From: a virus
Length of the DNA: 64,000 nucleotides
Virus record (IMG/VR): IMGVR_UViG_3300045538_000426
Coordinates: 1-64,000 of that record
Reading direction: 5' to 3' (one strand)
Below, piece by piece: positions 55,657-64,000 of this stretch (its first letter is position 1; every line of letters starts with the position of its first letter). The position numbers and the translations under genes are program-made. The notes beneath the pieces were generated by a model. It was not told where the DNA came from and did no database searches. It saw only the letters and a list, made by a program, of their open reading frames with translations.

Positions 55657-56421
55657 ATGAGATGTATTATACTATTTGTTCTGTTGTTTTTTACTTATCT
55701 TGGTGTCGCTGACGAGATACCATCACCATCGTATATTCTAAAGACGGTGGGTAAGGTAGATAGAGTCGTTTTTTACGATAGTGGAAAAATCGAAACCAAC
55801 AACCTCGTCGTAGGTTCGACGTATCAAGTTAAAGATGCACAGTCGGATTACATCACGGGAACAAATTCATCCGTGGTCTTTTCCATTTCCGATGATGTTG
55901 TGTTACATGTAGAAGAAAACAGCGAATTTAAGATACATACGTCAACCGCTGAACTCGCTGCTTCGTCAATTCCAATGAAAGCGAAGTTTTCGAATAAGAA
56001 CCATGTAATGTCATTGATGAACGGTACAGTCGACATAATAAACTTTTCTACAAACGGAACGTTTTTGTTACAAACTCCACGGGTATCACTTACAATTAAA
56101 CAGGGAAAATACCGAGTGATTGTGCAAGGAAAGACAACCATTGTTGCGACGATTGAAGGCATCGCCATATTACATAAGTTGGTGGATATTAAAACGGGAA
56201 ATGTGGACGCGGGTAAGTTTGCACACATCACTACATATTACAGTCTTCTCGGGAAAGGAATGGACCTGGCAAACAACGGAAAAGCGACCGCTTCCATTGG
56301 ATCGATTGAGCCAGATGATATGAAGAAAATGTCGGATTCGTTCGACGGAGTCGTGAAACTTCATGGTTCTTTTATTTATATAGTAGATGGTGGAAAAATC
56401 CTCGGTGTTAAAATTCATTGA
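55657..56421 (+). CDS. secreted FecR-domain protein
   Basis: Signal peptide MRCIILFVLLFFTYLGVA; ITGTNSSVVF...VLHVEENSEF...LMNGTV...LQTPRVSLTIKQGKYRV...TIVATIEG resembles the FecR beta domain. Confidence 0.7.
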   Translation: MRCIILFVLLFFTYLGVADEIPSPSYILKTVGKVDRVVFYDSGKIETNNLVVGSTYQVKDAQSDYITGTNSSVVFSISDDVVLHVEENSEFKIHTSTAELAASSIPMKAKFSNKNHVMSLMNGTVDIINFSTNGTFLLQTPRVSLTIKQGKYRVIVQGKTTIVATIEGIAILHKLVDIKTGNVDAGKFAHITTYYSLLGKGMDLANNGKATASIGSIEPDDMKKMSDSFDGVVKLHGSFIYIVDGGKILGVKIH

Positions 56422-56445
56422 CTTTCAACGGTGATTTGTTATCAT
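56418..56445 (+). promoter_or_regulatory. sigma70-type promoter for the PolB operon
   Basis: TTGACT (56418-56423), 16 nt spacer, TG-t-TATCAT (56440-56445). Confidence 0.7.
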
Positions 56446-56452
56446 ATGTTTC

Positions 56453-56680
56453 GTGAGCACCGAAACACTTAGAGAACTTACACCGGAAGAACTTGATCTG
56501 TTACTTTCTATAGTAAATACAACCACGCCCAAATTGACATCGTATGATTTACATCCGATGGATCTCCGACTCATACATGGTTGGAAACTCAAAGAGATTT
56601 TCGGAAAAGCCGAGTCAAAATTGAAGGATGAGGAAAAAGTTGTGGTAAAATCCATCATCGGTAAGTTAGGAATGTCATAA
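56453..56680 (+). CDS. hypothetical protein
   Basis: 75 aa, GTG start 7 nt after the -10 box. Confidence 0.6.
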   Translation: MSTETLRELTPEELDLLLSIVNTTTPKLTSYDLHPMDLRLIHGWKLKEIFGKAESKLKDEEKVVVKSIIGKLGMS

Positions 56681-56682
56681 TC

Positions 56683-59211
56683 ATGTATCAAAACATTTTC
56701 GTAGATAAAAAGAGTGAGACGGTTTTCATATGGGATGATAAATTGGGTCTTATTCAAATTCCAGTCGACCAAGCAACTTACGCCTATCGTAGGTGTTCCG
56801 GCGGACGTTACCGTTCTCTATACGGCGATGAATTGGAAAAGATTTCTAAGTTTTCTCCACGGGATCCATCTCTATTTGAATCCGATGTCCCATTAACCAC
56901 TCGTGTTTTAATAGATGCATATGAGGATTCAGATGAACCATCAACCGGCCACACGACGCTTTTCTTGGATATAGAAATAGATGTCACCGACGGATTCTCT
57001 ACACCGGAGGATGCTGGAAACGAGATAACGGCTATTGCTATATATGACGACATCACGGCGAAATATACGGCGATGATTCTTGATAAACAGATGCGGGTTA
57101 CCGACTCCCAAAAAGACGGTGTCTCTGTTCTTCGATTCGACAATGAAGAGTCGCTTCTCTCTCATTTTTTGACAAAGATAGAGGAAATCAGACCAACGAT
57201 AATAACCGGTTGGAACGTGGCTCAATATGATATGCCATATCTGTTCAACCGAATTACTACTGTTTTGGGGCGGAGAAGTGCTCAACGGTTATCTCCCATT
57301 AATATCGCTTATGTAAACCCCCGTGAAGGAGAAGTTGTTCTCGCTGGCGTGTCGGTTCTCGATTATTTGATTCTATATAAGAAATTCATCGGTAGAAATG
57401 AATCGAATTACACACTCGGTGCCATTGGAAAACGAGTGGTTAAGATGGAAAAGATAAGTTACAGTGGAAATTTACAAGACTTGTTCAATTCCGATATTAA
57501 TCGTTACATTGAATACAACCTAAACGACGTTCAGATAGTGGTTGCGTTGGATAAGAAGTTGAAATTTATAGATTTGGCTAGAAACGTGTGTCATACGGGA
57601 CATGTTCCATATGAATATTTCGGTATGTCAAGTCGTTATATCGAAGGTGCGATGTTACTTTATTTGAGAAGGACCGGATTGGTCGCTACGAATAAGTCAT
57701 TGGAGGGACAGGCCGACTTTGCAAGACGAACTGAGGAGTCGGAAGAAGGGTTTGAAGGAGCATACGTCAAGGATCCTGTTCCGGGAAGATATGATTGGGT
57801 ATATGACTTGGATTTAACTTCCATGTATCCGAATATCATGATTAGTCTCAACATCAGCCCGGAGACGGTCATTTCCAAAGTAGAAGATTGGAATGTAGAA
57901 CGGTATTTGAAAGGTGACTACAAATCTGTGAAAATGGGTGGGTCTGAATACGACATTGTTGATTTCAAGAAAATGATGGATGAGAAAAAGTTCTCTATCG
58001 CTTCAAATGGTGTAATTTATAGAAACGATAAGCCGGGATTGATACCGGCCATCCTTATAAAATGGTTCGATGAACGAAAATCCCTCCGTAAGCTCGCTAA
58101 GAAATATGCGGAGGACGGTGATATGGAGAAACATGAATTTTACGACAACCGACAACGTGTTCAGAAAATTCTACTTAACAGTGCATACGGTGTGTTGGGA
58201 CTTGAGGTATTTCGTTTTTACAACAAAGATAACGCGGCAGCAGTAACACTTACGGGTCAGGATATAATCAAGACCACAAACAAAGCCATCAATCTATATT
58301 ACAAAAACATATTGAACGTAGACAATGATTATGTGGTGTATGTCGACACCGATTCCGTATTCGCTTCAGCCGTTCCAATCATTGAACATTCTATGCCGGA
58401 GGTAGATTTGAAAGACGATGTTCAGATGACCGCTGCTATTCTGAAAGTTGCTGGTGAAGTTCAATTATTCGTCAACAAGTTTTATGATGTGATGGCTAAG
58501 AAGTTCTTTAATATAAGCACTCATCGGTTTGATATCAAACAAGAGGTTATTTCAAAGACAAGTTTTTGGTTGGCGAAGAAACGATACTGTCAGTTGATTA
58601 TAAACAAGGGAGGTCTTCCCGTGGACGAACTTGAAGTTAAGGGGTTTGACGTCGTTCGGACAAGTTTCCCCCTCGTGTTCAGAAAGTTCATGAATACGTT
58701 TCTGATGGGTCTGCTTAATAAGGTAGAACAACGCGTGATAGATGATACCATCGTAAAGTTTCTGGAAGAGATAAACACGTTGTCTATTTTGGATATGGCA
58801 AAAAGCACATCCGTAAAGTTCGTGAGTCTTGATAAAACAAAGAACTATGACCCCACATCACGGATTCCGTTTAACACGGTATTGGGAACGCCCGCTCAAG
58901 TCAAAGCCGCGTTGATGTATAATGATTTGATTGATAAATGGGGATTGGAAAAACATACTCAAAAGATATTCAATGGTCAAAAAATCAAATGGGTGTATTT
59001 GAAACAGAATGAATACGGAATCGATGCTCTCGCGTTTAAGGCTGACGGAAATGATTCGAAAGAGATATTGAGTTTTATAGATACCTACATAGACAGATCA
59101 GCGATGTACGACCAAGAACTGAAGACCAAACTCCAGGACTTTTACGCTGTATTGAAGTGGCAGTATCCAAGTTTGGAGAGCCGTAAAGCAGAAGAGTTTT
59201 TTAGTTTTTGA
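56683..59211 (+). CDS. polB: family B DNA polymerase (T4 gp43-like) with 3'-5' exonuclease
   Basis: Exo motifs FLDIEID, GWNVAQYDMPY, YNLNDV; polymerase motifs DLTSMYPNI, KILLNSAYG, YVDTDS, KKRY; tail RKAEEFFSF. Confidence 0.96.
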   Translation: MYQNIFVDKKSETVFIWDDKLGLIQIPVDQATYAYRRCSGGRYRSLYGDELEKISKFSPRDPSLFESDVPLTTRVLIDAYEDSDEPSTGHTTLFLDIEIDVTDGFSTPEDAGNEITAIAIYDDITAKYTAMILDKQMRVTDSQKDGVSVLRFDNEESLLSHFLTKIEEIRPTIITGWNVAQYDMPYLFNRITTVLGRRSAQRLSPINIAYVNPREGEVVLAGVSVLDYLILYKKFIGRNESNYTLGAIGKRVVKMEKISYSGNLQDLFNSDINRYIEYNLNDVQIVVALDKKLKFIDLARNVCHTGHVPYEYFGMSSRYIEGAMLLYLRRTGLVATNKSLEGQADFARRTEESEEGFEGAYVKDPVPGRYDWVYDLDLTSMYPNIMISLNISPETVISKVEDWNVERYLKGDYKSVKMGGSEYDIVDFKKMMDEKKFSIASNGVIYRNDKPGLIPAILIKWFDERKSLRKLAKKYAEDGDMEKHEFYDNRQRVQKILLNSAYGVLGLEVFRFYNKDNAAAVTLTGQDIIKTTNKAINLYYKNILNVDNDYVVYVDTDSVFASAVPIIEHSMPEVDLKDDVQMTAAILKVAGEVQLFVNKFYDVMAKKFFNISTHRFDIKQEVISKTSFWLAKKRYCQLIINKGGLPVDELEVKGFDVVRTSFPLVFRKFMNTFLMGLLNKVEQRVIDDTIVKFLEEINTLSILDMAKSTSVKFVSLDKTKNYDPTSRIPFNTVLGTPAQVKAALMYNDLIDKWGLEKHTQKIFNGQKIKWVYLKQNEYGIDALAFKADGNDSKEILSFIDTYIDRSAMYDQELKTKLQDFYAVLKWQYPSLESRKAEEFFSF

Positions 59212-59252
59212 TTTATGTTATACTTCGAACGCAAAAACAACGATAAATAATT

Positions 59253-59510
59253 ATGAAATTCAGAACCCGCGCCGAAGATCCAGATTCACCGATGATTGAT
59301 ACCGACAATCTTCCTGACATGGACGCCTTGATTACGGAAAAAGTGATGGAACTCCGTAACTTATGTTATTCTGCTGGATACAGGTGTGTATTGACGGTAC
59401 AACAGAGATACAACGCCACTCTACGTAATGCTTGGTGCATCCATGATTTAGACGACGGTGAAAGTATATGTGACACTGTAAAGTCCGCCATGCAGGAAAG
59501 ACTGAAATAG
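59253..59510 (+). CDS. hypothetical protein
   Basis: 85 aa ORF in operon orientation. Confidence 0.6.
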   Translation: MKFRTRAEDPDSPMIDTDNLPDMDALITEKVMELRNLCYSAGYRCVLTVQQRYNATLRNAWCIHDLDDGESICDTVKSAMQERLK

Positions 59511-59515
59511 GATAA

Positions 59516-59881
59516 ATGATTATGAAAATGCCAAATGCAATTCTTATAAATAAGACCGATTCTTCCACTGGAAAAAGGTGGAATGTAGTTTACATAAAAA
59601 CCGGTGTGGAGACTTATACTCACGTTGGTTCGGAATATGTAAAGACAGATGACATCACAAACTTTGACCCATTTGTAAATTGGTTGGATTATATACCCGA
59701 TAAGGAATGGGTTCATCCTGTGGTAGCCACTCCGTCTAATAATGGAGGTTGGAATTTATGTGCATTCGATGGATTCCACAACGCCACTTACAATGGGAAA
59801 GATACTACATTGGATTTCTTGTATAGTAACAATCTTCTATTTAAAATGTTCGATAAACTTCTGAAATCGTATGAAAAGTGA
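59516..59881 (+). CDS. hypothetical protein
   Basis: 121 aa ORF in operon orientation. Confidence 0.6.
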   Translation: MIMKMPNAILINKTDSSTGKRWNVVYIKTGVETYTHVGSEYVKTDDITNFDPFVNWLDYIPDKEWVHPVVATPSNNGGWNLCAFDGFHNATYNGKDTTLDFLYSNNLLFKMFDKLLKSYEK

Positions 59882-60083
59882 CTTGCTGCATGCGTGTTTG
59901 CCACCTGATAGGGATGAAATTTATAGGTTATTAGATCTGTTTGAAAACGCCAAATACACGGAAAATTATATTGTTTCGTCGGTGATGAAACATTTTAGAG
60001 GAAGATGTAACCCTGTATTAGTGAGGGAGATTGTGTCGGAATATCTTGCTGCCCGCCCACGGCAGAAAATAAGAATAGTATGA
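59871..60083 (+). CDS. small protein resembling the GatB/YqeY C-terminal tail
   Basis: YIVSSVMKHFRGRCNPVLVREIVSEYL compared with the GatB pattern FFVGQVMK.TKGKANP..V.E.L. Confidence 0.5.
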   Translation: MKSDLLHACLPPDRDEIYRLLDLFENAKYTENYIVSSVMKHFRGRCNPVLVREIVSEYLAARPRQKIRIV

Positions 60084-60955
60084 ATTACAGAAAATTACTT
60101 CCGTTTCACGATGACGTTAAAGTCATGACGCAGTTTGGCATGCTTCCTCTTTCCGTGATGGAGTTTTCCAATGATGATAAATGGGACATGGCTTATTTTA
60201 AACAAGACGATTCCGAAAAGCGAAGAAGCGACGATTGTGAGTATCTTTCCGGATTGGGGATGAGCGAGTTTAGCAGTGCTATCTGTGAATTTATTGTAAA
60301 GTATTGGAGTTTGGAGAATGCCAACGTCGTTGACCCGTTCGCCGGGCGTTCAACTAGAGCCATAATAAGTTCAAAGTTGGGTAGGAATTACCAAGGTTAC
60401 GAAATTTCACCACACACTTTCAATCGTAGTTTGGAACAATACAAAGTCGCGGGGGTAAATCCATTGCTTCATTTGTCAGATGGTCGGTATATGTTAGAAA
60501 CCGAAAATGACTTCGCCCACCTCGTCATGACGTGTCCTCCGTATGGATCGATCGAAAAGTATGAGAGTGTCCCGGGACAATTAAGCGACATTAGAAAATA
60601 CGACGAGTTTCTCTCTAACATAAGTGTTTGTATATCCAATATATACAGAGTTTTAAAGCCAGGAGGGTTCTGTTGTTGGGTGGTAGCTGATTGGAGAGAT
60701 GGTCATGGATACCATCAGTTCAGTAACGACAGCATTCAATTGTTTAAAATGAACGGATTGATACCTCACGACACGGTTATTATAAAGAACAATTCTCCAT
60801 TTGCCGCACTTCAAGCGGGCAAGGCAGCTGCTAAACGGATAACCTCAAAGACACATGAATATCTATTGGTCTTCCGCAAGGAAGGTGAGCTGAATATAGA
60901 CGGATTAAAACTAACGGAAATAAACAAATCGGCAAATGCTTTTTTTGAATTATGA
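60080..60955 (+). CDS. DNA amino-methyltransferase-like protein (N4mC/N6mA fold)
   Basis: VVDPFAGRST (motif I), LVMTCPPY (motif IV variant), VLKPGGFCCWVVADWR, HEYLLVFRK; tail KSANAFFEL. Confidence 0.85.
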   Translation: MNYRKLLPFHDDVKVMTQFGMLPLSVMEFSNDDKWDMAYFKQDDSEKRRSDDCEYLSGLGMSEFSSAICEFIVKYWSLENANVVDPFAGRSTRAIISSKLGRNYQGYEISPHTFNRSLEQYKVAGVNPLLHLSDGRYMLETENDFAHLVMTCPPYGSIEKYESVPGQLSDIRKYDEFLSNISVCISNIYRVLKPGGFCCWVVADWRDGHGYHQFSNDSIQLFKMNGLIPHDTVIIKNNSPFAALQAGKAAAKRITSKTHEYLLVFRKEGELNIDGLKLTEINKSANAFFEL

Positions 60956-61107
60956 GAATGTCAGATACGATTTTACTTGAATGGGAGGATTTGGTACTAG
61001 ATTTTATAAAGATAGGATTTACCAGAGTTGAAGCAAGAATTTGTGCCACTGCAATAATGGAAGATAGGTATAAAAAATTTACAACCCTCGATGATGTGGT
61101 AGACTGA
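60952..61107 (+). CDS. 51-aa hypothetical protein, absent from the ORF track
   Basis: MRMSDTILLEWEDLVLDFIKIGFTRVEARICATAIMEDRYKKFTTLDDVVD; ATGA overlap fills the gap before the clamp gene. Confidence 0.55.
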   Translation: MRMSDTILLEWEDLVLDFIKIGFTRVEARICATAIMEDRYKKFTTLDDVVD

Positions 61108-61128
61108 TGGAGATATAAAACTAAAATC

Positions 61129-61872
61129 ATGAAAAAACAAACTGTAGAGACATTCATCAAGAAGTATTCACTTAACGGACTCGTTGACTCTGTCAAGTGG
61201 ACCGTTGATTCCGATAAAAAGACACTTACCACCAACGCTATCACGGAGGAAAAGAACGTCTTGATTGCTGTGGAGATTGCTAATTTCGACGCGATTGATG
61301 AGAAGTGTGAATTAGGAGTCTTCGAGACATCTCGTCTATCTAAGATGTTATCGGTTCTCTCCGATACGGTTACACTTTCTCTCAATAAGAAGGACGATAA
61401 GATTACTTCTGTTGGACTTTCTGACGACAATGACACCGTAGCACAATTCATCACATCCGACCTCGCGGTTATCCCATCCGCTCCGGCGTTGAAGAAACTC
61501 CCTGACTTCGGTGTGGAGATACTCTTGGACACCGACTTTGTCTCACGTTTCGTAAAAGCGAAGAATGCTCTTCCCGAAGTAGATACGTTTACTTTACTGA
61601 TGAACAAGAAGTCTAAGTTGGAGATGGTCTTAGGTCATTCCACTTTAAATAGCAATCGTATCACGTTGGGTGTAGATGCGGTCGATGGTAAGGACGTGGT
61701 CAAGAAAAGCGTTAGCTTTAATGCTAAGTATTTCAAGGAAATCTTAGTGGCCAACAGCGACTGCCCATCTGCCGTGTTGAGAGTAAGTGATGCGGGTTTG
61801 TCAACGGTGGAATTCATAAATTCCGATTTCAAGTCGACTTATTACATGGTCGAGGTTAAGATGGTTGACTAA
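61129..61872 (+). CDS. DNA polymerase sliding clamp (T4 gp45-like)
   Basis: 247 aa two-domain beta-rich protein (FVKAKNAL, FNAKYFKEIL, YYMVEV) directly upstream of the clamp loader. Confidence 0.8.
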   Translation: MKKQTVETFIKKYSLNGLVDSVKWTVDSDKKTLTTNAITEEKNVLIAVEIANFDAIDEKCELGVFETSRLSKMLSVLSDTVTLSLNKKDDKITSVGLSDDNDTVAQFITSDLAVIPSAPALKKLPDFGVEILLDTDFVSRFVKAKNALPEVDTFTLLMNKKSKLEMVLGHSTLNSNRITLGVDAVDGKDVVKKSVSFNAKYFKEILVANSDCPSAVLRVSDAGLSTVEFINSDFKSTYYMVEVKMVD

Positions 61873-61890
61873 GTTGACTAATAACAAGTT

Positions 61891-62847
61891 ATGAATTTTT
61901 CGTTTGAGGAAGAGGTTCCCAAATCTACGGTTGTAAATTCTCTATGGGTAGAGAAATACCGACCCGATAAATTGGATGGGTATATAGGAAATGACCAACT
62001 TAAACAGACGGTTTCATCCTTTATTACGCGAAATGACATACCACATCTACTGTTTTATGGAACGGCTGGCACAGGAAAGACGACTCTCGCTAAGTTGATA
62101 ACTAAGAACGTCGAATGTGATGTCCTTTATATTAACGCGAGTGATGAAAACTCCGTTGACACGGTCAGATCGAAGATTAAGGGGTTCGCTTCGACTACAG
62201 GATTTACATCGTTAAAGGTGATTATTCTGGATGAGTCAGACTTTTTGTCTCAGGAAGCTCAGGCGGCTCTACGAAATCTGATGGAGACATTCAGTCTCAC
62301 TACTCGGTTTATATTGACATGTAACTATCAGGAAAAGATTATCCCCGCGTTAATCTCCCGTTGTCAGACGTATCAAATAAATCCAATTAGTAAGAAAGAG
62401 GTGGCGATTCACCTCAAATCAATCTTCGAGAAGGAATCGGTCAAATTCTCGATGGAAGACTTGGGATATATAGTGAACACGTATTATCCCGATATCCGTA
62501 AGATATTGAATTTCTCCCAACAAAGTGTGTTGGACGGAACTATCAAAATCAATACTTACGATGCCGTAGGAACTGATTTGAAGAATAAGATAATAAGTTC
62601 ACTGTCAAATTCGAATAACATATCCACTACGTTCAACGAAATACGTCAGATAGTTGCTGATAATGACATTCGTTCGTTCGACGAGTATTATTCATTACTC
62701 TACGAAAGATGTTCGGATTACTCCAAGGGAAAGGATGTTCCTGTAATTATTACAATCGCTGAATACGTTCATCAAAGTAGTTTGGTGGTCGATAAGGAGA
62801 TTACATTCATGGCGTGTATCGCAGCGGTTCTAAAGTCAATAAAATGA
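61891..62847 (+). CDS. clamp loader ATPase subunit (gp44/RFC-small-like)
   Basis: LWVEKYRP, LLFYGTAGTGKTT, INASDE, IILDESD, AQAALRNLME, FILTCNY, SRC. Confidence 0.95.
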   Translation: MNFSFEEEVPKSTVVNSLWVEKYRPDKLDGYIGNDQLKQTVSSFITRNDIPHLLFYGTAGTGKTTLAKLITKNVECDVLYINASDENSVDTVRSKIKGFASTTGFTSLKVIILDESDFLSQEAQAALRNLMETFSLTTRFILTCNYQEKIIPALISRCQTYQINPISKKEVAIHLKSIFEKESVKFSMEDLGYIVNTYYPDIRKILNFSQQSVLDGTIKINTYDAVGTDLKNKIISSLSNSNNISTTFNEIRQIVADNDIRSFDEYYSLLYERCSDYSKGKDVPVIITIAEYVHQSSLVVDKEITFMACIAAVLKSIK

Positions 62848-62879
62848 GACAGTAGTAATCTTTATAAGAACTAACATGG

Positions 62880-62903
62880 AAACCGGCCTCTGGCCGGTTT
62901 TTT
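62880..62903 (+). terminator. intrinsic terminator
   Basis: AAACCGGCC-TCT-GGCCGGTTT followed by TTT. Confidence 0.88.
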
Positions 62904-62943
62904 AGTTTGTAGAAACGATAACTGATTGATATTTATAGGATAA

Positions 62944-63522
62944 ATGAAACAAAAACTACACGAAAACGACCTCGGTGATAGAATGGCTCTTGGGTTGCCG
63001 TATGGAACATCTGGTGTGGTCAATCCAGGAGCAGGCACATTTAGTTCACCTGACGCATCTCAGACTCCATCTAGTTTTTATCAAGATGGTCCTAACAAAG
63101 TAAGCTCTTATAACAACGATAAAGCAATCGGTATAAATAAAGACGATATTGCTTTGTTGAAGGGAAGAGTCACTCCCGATGAGATACTGTGTGGAATGGA
63201 GTATGAACTCAAGCGAATGGTCGACCGAAACAAAGGAAAGGCGAAGGAAATCGTAGTGGCGAATCTAAAGAGAGATCCTAAGTATTATTCTAGTCTCGGT
63301 ATGCTTATTCACGGAGACGAACGTATAAACGAGTCGGTTGACCCGGAAAAAATGGCTGCGGAAAAGAAGAAAGCATTTGAAGAGATATTCTCCGGTATGA
63401 TGGCTAGTCAAGGAAAGACCACGGTCAGAAACGTTGATGAGAGAGTGGTAAATGCATATAAGGAAACCGCTGCTCGTTCAAACGAACGTCGGAAGCCATT
63501 TGGAACGATTATAAAATTATGA
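62944..63522 (+). CDS. late hypothetical protein with a DUF5661-like segment
   Basis: TATTTATA box at 62930-62937; GMEYE...AKEIVVANLKRDPKYYSSL. Confidence 0.6.
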   Translation: MKQKLHENDLGDRMALGLPYGTSGVVNPGAGTFSSPDASQTPSSFYQDGPNKVSSYNNDKAIGINKDDIALLKGRVTPDEILCGMEYELKRMVDRNKGKAKEIVVANLKRDPKYYSSLGMLIHGDERINESVDPEKMAAEKKKAFEEIFSGMMASQGKTTVRNVDERVVNAYKETAARSNERRKPFGTIIKL

Positions 63523-64000
63523 GACTATTTGAGTTTTACCCCGATATATCAACTGACAAATTATCTGGCGGAAAGGGAGATGGCGCATTGCCGAGTCATA
63601 CGGACACCGCTGAACTTGCATTAGGCGTTCAGATAGAATCCGAACACACGGATGACCCCGACATAGCCACGGAAATTGCCACCGATCACCTCACTGAAGA
63701 CCCGAAGTATTACTCCAAACTTATATCTGCTGGACTTTCTGATGAATTTCCTTCGATGGTTAATTCTGGATTGGGTGATCCGAATGCACCATTGAATAAA
63801 GTATCCAAGATTGGTAATGACGTGACATATTGTAAGCCTGGGAATAATATAGGCAAAATTACTAAGACATCGGACGGTAATATACCCGGCAGATCAGACA
63901 AGCCCATCGTTGATAAGTCTATATCGGAGATAAAGTCGGATACGACATATGGTGATTATGCTAAGATAGCACAAAGAGTCATTGATGCTCTCATGGTTAT
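63519..64000 (+). CDS. DUF5661-like protein (partial, runs off the window)
   Basis: MRLFEF...ELALGVQIESEHTDDPDIATEIATDHLTEDPKYYSKL. Confidence 0.7.
   Translation, partial: MRLFEFYPDISTDKLSGGKGDGALPSHTDTAELALGVQIESEHTDDPDIATEIATDHLTEDPKYYSKLISAGLSDEFPSMVNSGLGDPNAPLNKVSKIGNDVTYCKPGNNIGKITKTSDGNIPGRSDKPIVDKSISEIKSDTTYGDYAKIAQRVIDALMV

Noticed and set aside
13116-59211. Inteins or introns in recA, dnaB, nrdJ and polB
   Set aside because: Protein lengths are normal, motifs are contiguous, and no intein splice-junction or LAGLIDADG signatures were seen.
822-63907. Many antisense or nested ORFs in the six-frame track (e.g. 822-1286, 12992-13519, 60831-61607, 63710-63907)
   Set aside because: They lie opposite or inside well-supported genes and have no recognisable motifs or promoters; treated as shadow ORFs.
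1-64000. Alternative genetic code (TAG or TGA reassignment), as in some jumbo phages
   Set aside because: Conserved enzymes are full length under code 11, all three stop codons end genes, and coding density is high.
1-64000. CRISPR array, tRNA or rRNA genes, IS elements
   Set aside because: No regularly spaced repeats, cloverleaf structures or transposase motifs were found, and intergenic gaps are short.

Overview
This window is a gene-dense, mostly plus-strand segment of a large T4-like (contractile-tailed) jumbo bacteriophage genome in the standard genetic code. Family assignments are from motif recognition only; no database searches were run. From left to right it holds: (i) tail and baseplate genes (tape-measure-like protein, tube initiator, LysM/gpX-like protein, hub); (ii) a T4-type replication set (gp32-like SSB, RecA/UvsX, 5'-3' exonuclease, DnaB-like helicase, class II RNR, family B polymerase, sliding clamp, two clamp-loader subunits) plus a second, divergent family A polymerase; (iii) candidate DNA-modification and counter-defence genes (a Mom-like GNAT, two DUF4338/DruA-like proteins, an amino-methyltransferase, a dNMP kinase, a glycosyltransferase with a C-terminal winged helix, an Apyc1-like anti-Pycsar hydrolase); (iv) a roughly 20 kb glycan locus with about 11 glycosyltransferase-like genes and an amino-sugar pathway. 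The strongest unexplained pattern is a short terminal diphenylalanine motif (K-[AS]-x-E-F-F at C-termini, [DEV]-F-F-[DE] near N-termini). It is shared by the PolB tail, which in RB69/T4 is the clamp-binding peptide, and by the candidate DNA-modifying enzymes. This suggests a sliding-clamp-tethered, co-replicative DNA hypermodification system. Two promoter classes recur: TA(T/C)TTAT late-type boxes and TTGAC-N16-TGn/-10 boxes, and both often predict nearly leaderless mRNAs.
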